Source: Yuukianura sp. NJ FZ-2021 (lineage: Eukaryota). From it: 64,000 bases of DNA. The position numbers were made by a program, and so were the translations under genes. The DNA lies in NCBI GenBank assembly GCA_046563655.1, contig CM102289.1, forward strand, positions 4,464,001-4,528,000. The letters run 5' to 3'. Below are positions 39,901 to 51,917 of this stretch, one piece after another; within the stretch, counting starts at the first letter, position 1; every line of letters begins with the position of its first letter. A model generated the notes under the pieces. That model searched no databases, had not been told where the DNA came from, and worked only from the letters and a program-made list of their open reading frames with translations.

Positions 39901-42900
39901 ATTCGCCAAAGCATCCGAAGTTGACATGAGAGCAAAGTAAGGTCACGAGGGTGAAAAGTCAAAGTCAAGCATATTCCAGTTTGAAATGCGTCTTATTAAA
40001 ATTATAAGTACTTTGGTACCAGGGTGTTGCCGAAAGTGGTTGGATTTACTGAATGTCCTTGGACCCTCCTAAAATCTGACAACGGAAACTTACAGGTAGG
40101 GCTTTCATAATTTACAGCATTTTAAATATGCATTTTCCAACATCTTAATTCCTTGTTTTTTTTTAGAACTTTTCTGGAATATGGTTCCAAGTTTTTACTA
40201 AAGAAATTCTAACAACACTTCATCGTCACAAGGTTGGCAATAATTTGAATAATCTGTTATATGTTTTCCTCAAACTATGCCAAAATGAAGTTATTAAAAA
40301 CAATGTACAGGATTCAAGTGTGGAAAAGACTCTGAATGGATCCATCGCCCGACTTCGTCTGCCACCGCGAAACGGCCCTGCTGCTCCTCAACTGGAAATG
40401 CCACTGTCTCAACTTCAAAATACTGTTGCAGTGGTGGGTCTCAGTTGTCGCTTTGCTTCTGCAAATTCAGTTGACGAATTCTGGGACGTTCTGTCGCAAG
40501 GCAAAGATTGCGTTACAACGTTACCTGAAGGACGTCCGCAAGGATTTCGTCGTGATGTGAAATCCAAGAAAGAGATTATGGCGGGCTTTCTCAAATGCTC
40601 GATTGATGAGTTTGATGCCAAGTTTTTTGGAATTAGTCCAAGAGAGGCTCCGTTTGTAGATCCACAGCAACGGATTCTACTGGAAGTGACATGGGAGGGA
40701 TTGGAAGACGCTGGAATCAATCCACTGTCGCTCAAAGAATCTGATACAGGAGTATTTGTTGGAATTTGGCAACAGGACTATGATCACATGATTCCAGACA
40801 ATGGACTGTCGGCCAATGACTTTCATCATCGCTACCTAGGAAATGCTTTCAGCGCCACGGCCTCAAGAATTTCTTATTTCCTTGGCCTTAATGGGCCAAA
40901 CATGGCGCTTGAAAGGTATTGAAAAAGAATTCTCTTAGGGTGCTGCTGCCAGCGTTTGTTGACTTAGATTTTCTTTGAACAGGTTGGATACTACCTAATG
41001 TTTTTTTTTTGCAAAAAAAAGTTTCTTTATATTCTAGGCATCTTAGTTATGTCAATACAGCCAACTGTTTTAAATTTAGCATACAAATGGGTAGCAATTT
41101 TTCGGATTGCTGCTAAAATTGGCACCAATTTTTTTTCCGTTTTTCCCTCCTCAAGCGAGTTAGTGCCCAACCTGTTAAAGAAAATTCAACTTTCTTTGTC
41201 AAAAACCTTGGTTCCTATTGTTATTCTGAATCTCTCTGCCTTTTTAGTGGTTGTTCATCTTCGCTCGGAGCGCTGCATTTGGGATGTGAGAGTTTGCGCA
41301 GAGGAGAAACGAGTTTGGCAATTGCGAGCGGTGTCAACCTTGTACTCAATGCTACAAATCCATTGTCCGGCGACAACGATACTGTTGTGCTGTCGAAAGA
41401 TCAACGCTGCAAAACGTTTGATGAGAGTAAGCAAAAATATTAACCTGCTAATTTACAGAGATTGGAGCAGTAAATATAACTTCTGTTATACAATTTGAAC
41501 AAAACTTATTGAAAGTCGTTAATTTTCCAAGGTGCTGACGGATTTGTACGAGCTGAGGGTTGTGGCGTTTTGGTGTTGAAGCGATACGCTGATGCTAAAC
41601 GGGACGGAGATTTTATCCATGCCCTAATTCGGGGGTCAGCGCTTAACAATGATGGAGCGGGAACTAGTTTTGGGACACCAAATGCTAGAGCACAGGAACG
41701 TGTCATTCGAGAGGCATTGACCAACGCAGAAGTACAACCATCGAGTGTAAGCTACGTCGAAGCTCATGGCACTGGCACTGCTGTCGGAGGTAATTTTTTT
41801 AGAATTCGAAAATTTTATTACTTATTTTTTCAACATTTCAATTTGGCATTCAGTTTAAAATTTTGTCAAATGTTTCAGACCCAACTGAAGTATATGCTAT
41901 TGGGAAAGTATACGGTGAAGGGAGAATGAAACCGTTGATGATAAGCTCCGTGAAATCAAACATTGGCCACGCAGAATCATGCGCCGGAATAGCTGGTAAC
42001 CACCTAATATTAGAATAATGCTTTTTTATGTTATAAACTTGCTAATTGTTTCTTCTTAATTAATCTAAATACTAGGACTCATCAAAGTGATTTTGTGCAT
42101 GAAGCACAACGCCATTCCTCCACATCTCCACCTCAAAACGCTCAATCCAAGGATCAATTTGGACAGCATTCCAGCCACCATCCCAGTGACTCTGACTGAC
42201 TGGACAGACCAGACAAAAATGGCGGGAGTAAGTTCGTTCAGCATGAGCGGCACAAATGTACACGTCCTTGTTCAAGAGCCAATCAAAGACGACCGCCAGC
42301 TCCAATGCTCAACAGTATCTAAAGAAGACAACCCGCAACTGATTGGAATTTCAGCAAAATCCGAGGAAGCACTTGAAATACTCATTGCCAAATACATTCA
42401 ATTTTTGAAATCAGAACATAATTACTCGCTGGAAGAAATTGCTTTTGGAACAAACGTTTGCCGCGCTGCCCTTCCGCACCGAATTTCAGTCATTGCCAAA
42501 ACTTGCGATGATTTGGTTTCGAAATTGGAAAAAGCCGACTTCACGCGTACGCAGAAAGCTACTAAGCCAAGTGTGGCGTTCCTGTTTACAGGTCAAGGGT
42601 CACAGTACATTGGCATGGGCAAAAATCTCTACAAGCACTTTCCAGTATTCCAAAATGCGATGGATGAATGCAACGTATTGTTTCAAAAGAAGTTGGGCCA
42701 GTCGCTGCTTGAGGTCATTTGGGGCGAAAATCTTTTGGGAAAAACAATCTACTGCCAACCGGCAATCTTCTGTGTCCAATACTCCTTGCTACAACTCTGG
42801 AAGTTTTTTGGTATAGAACCGGACGTTGTACTTGGACACAGCGTAGGTGAATTTAGTGCTGCCGTGGCTGCCGGAGTGATGTCACTGGACGAAGCATTCA

Positions 42901-45900
42901 TGCTCGTTGCTGAGCGGAGTCGACTTATTGAAAAAATTCCACAAGGAGGAATGTTGGTGCTCAAAACGACACAAGGAGAAGTCGAAGCAGCTATTGAAAA
43001 ATTCCACATCAAAGAAAAATCTACAAAACCCTGGCTTGACTTTGCCGCTGTAAATTCATCAGAGGAAGTTGTTGTCTCTGCAGAAATGGACACAATTGTT
43101 CGGTTTCAACAATTTTGCAATACTCTGCAATTAAAGTCCCAAATGATCCCAGCTTCGCATGCGTTTCATTCCAGAGCCATGGAAGAAATCCTGGAGACAT
43201 TTGGAAATTTTGCCTCTCAAATTTCTTACGCTCCACCTTCAAAAGCAACTTATATTTCAGGTACTAAATCAACCACATTTACACATATTGTGGAAAACAT
43301 TAACAACGGCGTGGCTATCTGTGTTGGAAGAGTTATAAAATTCTTTTTTTTTGTGCTGTACATTCCAGGTACACTAGCTGAACAAATGACCGGCGATGAT
43401 TTCACTCCAGCGTATTGGCAACGTCATCTGCGTCACACTGTGAGCTTTGCTTCAGCCATTCGGAAAGTGTGGGAGACCGGTGTCCGATGTTTCGTTGAGA
43501 TTGGAGCACAACCGATTCTTCTTGGTCTAACCATGGCCAATCTTGGTGTCCAGTCCTCCAACGCTACATTTTGTCCGTCATTACGTAAAAGTGAAGAGGA
43601 CAGATTCTGCGTATTAGCCACGTTAAGCAAATTATACGGAGGTAGGAATACTTGGGAGTTAAAGATTTTAAATTCCCAGAAAACGCGATAGATTTAAAGC
43701 AGAGTTTCAATTGACGCTGCTTTGCATCGCACAGTTGTCATTTTTGACAAATTAACTGAAACTAATTTTGCATTTTTAATTTACAGCGGGCGTCGAAATC
43801 AATTGGTCGCAATGGTTCGGTCCAAAAAGGAAAGATATTGTCCGCCAGTTACCGAAATACCCATTTCAACGTCAAAAATACTGGTTTTCAGAAGAGGGTT
43901 CAGAAGAGGACGACGGAATGACCTTGCAAGGTGCCCTTATTCATCCCTTACTTGGTCAAAAGCTTCCAGCACCCGTATCACAATCAATATTTTGCAACAA
44001 ACTGAACTCTGCTATTGCTCCGCTGGAATACACAAGTGACCACAAAGTTGCATCTAAAGTCATCTTACCAGCAGCAGCATATTTGGAAACAATTATGGCC
44101 GCCGGTCGAGAAGTTTTGCAAGGAAATGGACTTAAGGTTCCCATGACAGTAGAAAACCTAAGCGTCGAGGCAGCTCTGGAACTCGACTCTCCAGTACGGA
44201 TCCAAGTGATTGTAAATCCAGCAAATTCGGCAGATTTGGTCCATTACTCCATTGGAATTTTTAAGCAAGTTCAAGCAGAAAAGTGGAAACGACATGCCAA
44301 CGGCACGCTGACTCCAATGACCAGCCATGTTGTTCATGACGACAGGATGAACCTCGCAGAAATTCAACAGAAAATGAAACAAACTGGACCAGAGGCGCTG
44401 GAGAAAGCATACGCTGCCATTGCCGGAATTGGAATTCAATTCGGTCCCAGATTTCAAAGTATCAAGAAAGGTTGGAGCTTGACTCGTGATGACTCGGCAG
44501 AACTTCTTACCGAAATTCAAATGCCGCCTGGGCGGGAAGATTATGTTTGTCATCCTGTTGTCCTGGACGCAATGATTCAATCTTACGCTTTTAGAGGCGC
44601 CATGACTTCCCCGGACAACGCCAGTTTACACCTCCAGCTTCCAATAGGAATCAAAAAATTTACGTGGTACTCGGAAGAAGTAACAGACGACGTATACGCA
44701 TACACTACCTGGAAAATGTCCGGCGATGACAGCGGAACAGTTCATTTGTACAATAGCAATGGGACGTTACTAGCTCGTATGGAAGGTTTAGAATTGCTAA
44801 AAACAACGGTAGACTCTTTCTTGAGAGCCCTGCGAGCTGAACAAGTCGATTTGCCCGACTTTTGGCACGAAATTTGGAGACCGACAGAAAGTTTTACCGA
44901 GAAACAAATTTCTTTGACCGTTTTGACCTTTCAGCCAAACGAAGACGGTCAGAAAGTAACAGAAACGTTGAAACTCATTCGAAACTTTGAAAGTGGAGGG
45001 TGGCTGGGAGTGAAAAAGTTGAATTTGGCTTCCACACAAGGATTACTACGAAGTATTGCACAGTGTAAATGGGACATGCCGGTTGGGAAACACTTGGAGT
45101 TGGAGAGTTTGCGTAAACGTCTTCCGGCTAACATGCAGAAAACTAAATTTTTGGAATTTTGTCTCGAAATATTGAAAACAGAGGGTTACGTCAAGCATGG
45201 TGAATTTGGATGGGAAGTGATCACGGCCTTACCGACAATATCAGAATCAACGGCTAAAATTGATGCATTGATTGATGAAGCTGTGATTACCTGTGGAACA
45301 GACGCTGTTGTTGGTTATGCCAAACGAATGATTAGTCACATTGGAGATGTTCTAGAAGGAAAAATGACTTCATTGGCCCTACTTTTTCCAGAAGATCACC
45401 ACACATACGGAGCACAGCGTTATTACTCTGAAGGTAAATTTACAAAAATACTTTCAGTTTTCTAATACAGAACTGATTTTAAAATATTTAATACAAAATT
45501 TTATTTTTATTAGCCGAAATGTACAAATGTTCCGGTGACCTCGTTGTTTCCTGCCTGCTCGACACTGTTGCCAAAATCGAAACAAGTAATAAAAAGCGGC
45601 TCCAAATTCTGGAAGTCGGAGCTGGAACAGGAGCCACCACGGGAGTAATGTTGCAGAAGTTGTCTGAACTTGGAGTTTCATTTGACTACACATTCACAGA
45701 TATTTCTCCACTGTTTGTCTCCGACGCTAAGAAACGTTTTGGAGAAAAGCCAAATCTCCATTTTGAAACTCTCAACTTAGAAGAAGATCCACTTTCTCAA
45801 AATTTTCCACCACAAAGTTTTGACATCATCATTGGTCTACAAGTTCTTCACGCTACAAAAGATCTCAGAAAGACGCTCACACATTTGAACGTTCTTCTGC

Positions 45901-48900
45901 GTCACGACGGCCAGCTCATCTTCAGTGAACAATTCGCCGACATTCCACTGATTTCGCTTTCATTTGGCCTGCTAGATGGGTGGTGGAGATTTGAAGACGA
46001 TCGTCTGCTTGGGCCTATGGTGAGCGTCGATGGCTGGAAGGAACGACTAGGTCAGACTGGATTTGGAGATTGTGGTGCTATGACTATGATGGACGGTACA
46101 AGTGGAACCGTTTGGGCAAGGAAAGTGACCGACATGCCACTAAAGAACATTTCTGAAGGAAAGGCAGCAGAACCCGTTTGGATTGTTGTGGAAGACGGCT
46201 CAGCGCTAAGTTCTTCAATTATTGGAAAGCTAGAAGACCACGGCAGAGAAGCAAGACGCATTAGCTTGATGGAAAGTCTTAGCACTGGATTGGATCCAGA
46301 AGTATTTAAAAACCTCATTTCTGAATTTTTGGAAAAACAGACAAAGTTGGAAGGAATTCTGTTCTTTTGGACTATACAAAATGAAGAAACTATCGCCCGG
46401 GTACAAGAACGCATCTGTGGGAATCTTCTCAATTTGTGCAAAGCAGTAGTGGCCAATAGCGGTAACATGAAAGCAAAGCCACGCCTTGTAACTGTTACGC
46501 GTGGGCTGCATTACATTGGTGACGCAGGACTCGGTAATCCCAATGGAGCCACGTTATGGGGACTTCTGAAATCATTCTGCAACGAAAATCCGGAATTCCC
46601 TACGGTGCTTATTGACGCTAATCCAATCCCAGAACCAGAGATGGAACTCACTGAAATATTTTCTGAACTGTGGACAATGCGAAAACAGCGGGAAATGTTT
46701 TTGTCTTTAAGAGAAGGAAAGAAATACGTCCAGAGACTTGCAGCTTTTGAAAAATCAAAAAATACACTCACGCTACCACAATCGTCTCGCTTTACATTTG
46801 TTAGCCCACCAACCCGAACTTTTTCCGATATTCAAATTGGGCCAGCAGGGAAATTGGAAGTCACTGGAGATCAAGTTGAAATTGCCATCCAAGCCACTGC
46901 CCTTAACTTCCGTGATTTATTTGTTGTATTACGTCCAGAAGGATTTGAACACATGAAAGGCGTTGGACTCGACGTAGCAGGAATTGTCGTATCGAAAGGT
47001 CCTGATGCCAAAGAACTCGACATTGGGGACGAAGTATTTGGGTTTACACTGAAAGGAGGTCTGTGCAGCCATATTGTCGTCAGTGAGCACACAATGATGA
47101 GAAAACCCAAGGCCATGACCTTTACCTGTGCAGCTACAATTCCATGTGCCTTCCTAACTGCGTACTACTCTTTAGTCGAAATTGCAAAAATCTCTAGCAA
47201 AGATCGCGTTCTCATTCATGTCGCATCGGGTGGTGTAGGATTAGCTGCAATTCAAATTGCTCAAAACGTTGGAGCCGAAATTTTTGCAACGGCTGGTAGT
47301 AGAAGAAAACGTGAATACCTTCGATCTCTTGGTATAAAACACATTTACCACTCGCGAAATATCGACTTTGGGGATCAAATTTTAGCAGATACAGAGGGAG
47401 CTGGCGTTACGATTGTTCTAAACTCTCTAACTGGTCCTGGATTCAAAGAAAAATCACTCGGCGCATGCGCTCAAGGAGCTTACTTTTTGGAAATTGGAAA
47501 GTTAAACATTTGGAAAAACGAGGAAGTCCAAGCATTACGTCCTGATGTGAAGTACTTTATCATTGACCTCGCCGGAATGGGGGAGACAGACACACGCCAA
47601 ATGTCAGCCATGATGAAAAGTATGGAACTGCTTTTTGAAAATGGCACCTACAAATCTCTTCCGCATACAAAATTTCCTTTGGAACTCACACGTCAAGCGT
47701 TCTACTTTTTCCAAGAAGCCAAACACATTGGAAAAGTTGTCATCAAAATGCCGAAAGTGGAAATTGCGGAAAGTGATGGACGATTAACTCTGAAAAATCA
47801 ACTGTTTGACCCCCAATGTACTTATCTGATTACCGGAGGACTCGGTGGCCTTGGAATGGAAGTTGCTAAGTGGATGACATCATCTGGCGCTGTAACTGTT
47901 ATTCTTGTGGGCCGAAATCCACCAACTGCCCAAGCTCAGAAACTGATCGATAGCTGGAATGCTGGAGGGAGCTCCATTGTAACAATGCAGGCGGACGTTA
48001 GTAAATACAGTGTATGTGAGGAGATGCTGAAGGAAATTGGGAGGAAGTATCCACCATTACGGGGAGTCGTACATGCAGCAGGAGTAATTTCGGATGCCAT
48101 TATTCCAAATCAGACTTGGGAAAAGTATCAAAGCACACTTGAGCCAAAAGCTTTCGGTGCTTGGCATTTACACAACCTAACGAAAAACTATGATCTCGAC
48201 TACTTCATCATGTTCTCATCCGTTGCTGCCATTGTTGGACTGCCAGGTCAAAGTAATCATTGTGCCGGTAACAGATATTTGGACTCCTTGACACATTATC
48301 GAATTGCTATGGGACTTCCTTCGACTAGTATCAACTGGGGAGCATGGTCGGACGTCGGTGCAGCAGCACACATTAAGTTAGGACAAGAAGGAGCCCTTGG
48401 ACTTCGCGCTTTCACTCCAAAGCAAGGAATTGCATCTCTTGACTACATTTTACGACATGCCTATAATCAGATGAGTATTCTGGACATTAGTGACTGGAAT
48501 GTTGTCAAACAATTTATTCTTCAAGGCAACTACTTATCAGAAATTAAGATGGCTGGAACGGACAGTTCCTCCGGAAGAAATTCAGAAGAATATTCTCAGA
48601 TTATGGAGCAAATTAAGACTTGTAAACCGGAGGAGCGACAAGCAAAAATTGAGGCTTTCTTGGACACGATTTTGAAACAGACGCTGAAACTACCGCCAAA
48701 TGAAACAATTGACCCTGACCAGAACTTTACTGAACTTGGAGTCGACTCCCTCATGGCAATGGAAATGCGAAATCGCCTTCAGGGAGTTCTCGGAGACAAA
48801 ACGTTGAGTGTGAGCGCTCTTCAGGAAAATAGGACTCTCCGCAGCCTTGCTCTTTACATGACAAATTTGATGAGTTCAGAAATCATTGAAGCCCCTGAAC

Positions 48901-50135
48901 AAAATATTCTGAATATGTTGCTCGAAGATTCGAAACTACCCGCTGAAATTGTGGCACCAACTGCAGGGCCCGTCAAACCTTCAAATATACGCAAAGTTCT
49001 TTTAACCGGAGCGACTGGTCATCTAGGAGCATACTTTTTGCCTAAATTGGTTGAGAGAGGCCTTGAAGTTACTTGTCTCGTCCGCGGAAGTAGTAAAACA
49101 GAAGCAGAAGAGCGCTTGCGTAAAGTTGTTTCCAAATATGAGCTCCTGGTGGAATGGGAAATGGTTTCTATTGAAGTTGGAGACGTGTCTAAAGATCTAC
49201 TGGGATTGTCCAGTGAACGCTACACTGAACTGGCAACAGAGATAGACGCTGTGATTCACTGCGCAATCAAATCCAACCATGTGGAGGGTTACCATCAAGG
49301 GAATGATGCTGATGGAAGTGGAAGTATGAGAGTACAAAACGTTTTCGGTCTAAGGAATGTCATTGCGTTTGCGGCTACAGAAAAAACAAAAGCAATCCTT
49401 CATGCATCCTCTATCCTAGCCATTAATCGGATTAGCAAAACTGGCACATTGGACGAAGAATTCCCTGCAGAAGATAACCATGGAGACGGAATTTCAAATG
49501 GATACAGTTTGACTAAACTAATTTCGGAGAAACTGTTAGCAGAGGCAGAGAAACGCGGAATTCCTGTCACAGTGTTGCGCTACCCCGGTATCTTCGGAGA
49601 CAGTCGTACTGGATTAATGCCCATTGAAAATAACCATGCCTGGGGGTTGCTTCTGGCTTGCATGCGCGTGCGCATGTTTCCAGAGATGGGACATCATGGC
49701 CTTCCGATGATGCCGGTAGATGTAGCTGTCCGGATTTCAAATGAACTGTTCTTTAACGATGGAGTTGAGCGCGGGATTTACAATTTGACGAGTGAAAATG
49801 AAGCGACGGAGGGAGTACTTCAGGAGGTAACGGCAGAATTTGGAACGGCAGGAAAGTTCGTTCCATTTGGAACTTGGAGAGACGCAGTTTTTGAGAATTT
49901 GGATTCGAGTGAACTGTCTTCCATGTTGTTTTTGTATGAAGACACAAAGGCGGAAGGAAGTGACGTTTCCACACCCAGATACGTTGGATTCCATCCTCTG
50001 GCGAAATTATCTAACGTTAACTTTTCCATGCTCAGTGAAAAGCTGAAACGAAATTTTCCTGATGTCGAAAGCGTATTAATCCCCGCCAAAGAAGTACTTC
50101 GTGTGCATCTCAAACATCATTTCAACAAAATTTAA
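36922..50135 (+). CDS. Glycogenin-like (GT8) domain fused to a single-module reducing type I polyketide synthase: GT8*-KS-AT-DH-cMT-ER-KR-ACP-R, ~3184 aa
   Basis: Exons 36922-36928, 37629-37764, 39439-39583, 39695-39936, 40023-40095, 40167-40232, 40311-40915, 41248-41426, 41532-41789, 41879-41995, 42076-43260, 43369-43641, 43787-45433 and 45514-50135 total 9555 nt. All introns are GT-AG and phase-consistent. Motifs: [51 protein letters not shown]; c[54 protein letters not shown]. Confidence 0.88.
37177..37447. mobile_element. Palindromic MITE in intron 1 of the GT8-PKS gene
   Basis: Imperfect TIRs CGGTTCCATGCCATTG and CAATGGCGTGCTACCG; mirrored internal TGTRTCAA repeats; central AACCTAACCTAA. 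Confidence 0.8.
40968..41184. mobile_element. Small inverted-repeat element in the intron splitting the KS active-site motif
   Basis: TTCTTTGAACAGGTTGGATACTA ... TAGTGCCCAACCTGTTAAAGAA are inverted matches. Confidence 0.5.
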
Positions 50136-50873
50136 TTTAAATAGTTGTATTGCGATATGCACATACCTCACATTTATTAGAATTTCTATCAGTGCCCGTA
50201 ATCTACACATACTTCTATACACCTGCTTTACATATGATACTACTATATGATACTACCTATACATATACTATACTATTCATACACTACGCTAAACTTATAT
50301 ACTATGCTATACATATTATACCACACATATACTATATATACTTACTACATAGTATGTAGATGCAACACATTGTTGTCAACTCTTTCGTCCTAGGTAACAC
50401 TTGTTTTCAATCTCACAAAATTTATAATTAAAATCAAAATAAGAGTAGCTATGTTTTTGTGGTTGGATTCTTTTCCAAGAACGAGTTGATTTGTGACGTA
50501 GCCCTTTTTTCAGTAGCCTTGTTTCTGCAGTCTACGCTAACATACCTAAATGAATAAAATACCTAACTCAATTTATCTTCCACAAAATTCCTTAGAAATA
50601 TGTACGCTAAGTTGAATAAACTTCTTGCAAAGACGATGTAAATAAGTATCGTCAGATCAATTATAGAGAGTTCCCGCGCGGGATATTGTTGACCTAGACC
50701 TCTGATAATGTTAGAGGTCACTTGAGGTCAAACAACATTCGGAATCCTAGTCCTCTCATCGTCAAGTATCCATCCTCGGAAACCACTTCCGAATCGGTCC
50801 ATCCGTTTCCGAATTGTAGACGGTTTGTTTTAATTCTAGTTTTTATTTTCACCCCAGAAAAAAACGTATCGCG

Positions 50874-50929
50874 GTGGTGATGATCACTTACGTCGTAATA
50901 CGTGGTGATGATCACTTACGTCGTAATAC
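50874..50929. repeat. 28-bp direct tandem duplication
   Basis: GTGGTGATGATCACTTACGTCGTAATAC x2, followed by AAATAGCCTTTGGTCAA x2 nearby. Confidence 0.8.
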
Positions 50930-51917
50930 TGACGTAAAAATAGCCTTTGGTCAACTTTAACATAACTCTAAATAGCCTTTGGTCAAGCCAACTTTAATAT
51001 AACTCGTTAATTAGGCCAAACAGGAATATTGTTAGTCAAGGAAAATACATTACGCTGCACTAAGGCGTTCCTGTTTTTGCCAATGCTGGTATCTATAAGT
51101 ACCTATACTTCATTTTTTTAATGTGCAGTTGTTGATTGTAATTTTTCAAGCGTAATCCCTACAAACGTGTTAGGTTGACGTAAGGCAAACTTAGCCTAAA
51201 AGAGTTACTGTCCTTAACAGAATTCTTCTTTGATTTAATTGATTTTCTAAATACCGGAACACGAAACTTCAGCATGAAAGGAAATGATTGTCAGCCTTGT
51301 GGAGTCTTTTGATAATGAAAAAAATTGTCAGGGTACCCTTATGTAACCTGTCACCTTCAACCTAGGCTGTTGACCATAGACATTTTGTTTGAGAAAAGAA
51401 ATAGCCGTGTTGTATATCTTTCGAAACAGGAGTATCAGACATCGCCGGGAACTGGAGAAGATTTTTAATCTCGAAGAATTAGCTGACACGTTTGTGCACA
51501 ACCTGACCAATCCTAGGATAATTGACCTAACCAGTCGGATAACGAAAGCGATAATTCCTCAGATGAGGACTAAAATTAGCTCATGTCAATTTTGCTTACA
51601 AATATGGAAATTACATTAGTACACAAAATTGCTGGAGTTGTCGAATTGCTGGATACACAGGGATGTGATTGAATCACTTCAACCTAAGCAGTTTCTATGG
51701 GAGACGCTTGAAAAATTACAATCAACAACTTCACATTAAAGAAAAAATGAACTAGGTATAATGCAAATTAAGTTTTTCCTAAACTGTATGATTGATAGCA
51801 TCGAATGGAAGTAATTGAGCAGATAGAATTAAACTTAAGATAGATTTAAGTATTACCAATTCCAGCAAAAATTGTAATAATAGAGAAATAGAATAAATGC
51901 TGTTTCTCTAATTGAAC

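Noticed and set aside
46052..50113. Antisense ORFs within the PKS
   Set aside because: Shadow ORFs expected opposite a long coding exon.
40311..50135. PKS as bacterial contamination or as the ordinary animal FAS
   Set aside because: It has spliceosomal introns and animal neighbours. It also has an intact-looking cMT and a terminal reductase, not the pseudo-MT and thioesterase of animal FAS.
50140..50360. ORF 50150-50359 as a gene
   Set aside because: Low-complexity (TATAC)n-like sequence in the PKS 3' region with no ATG start.
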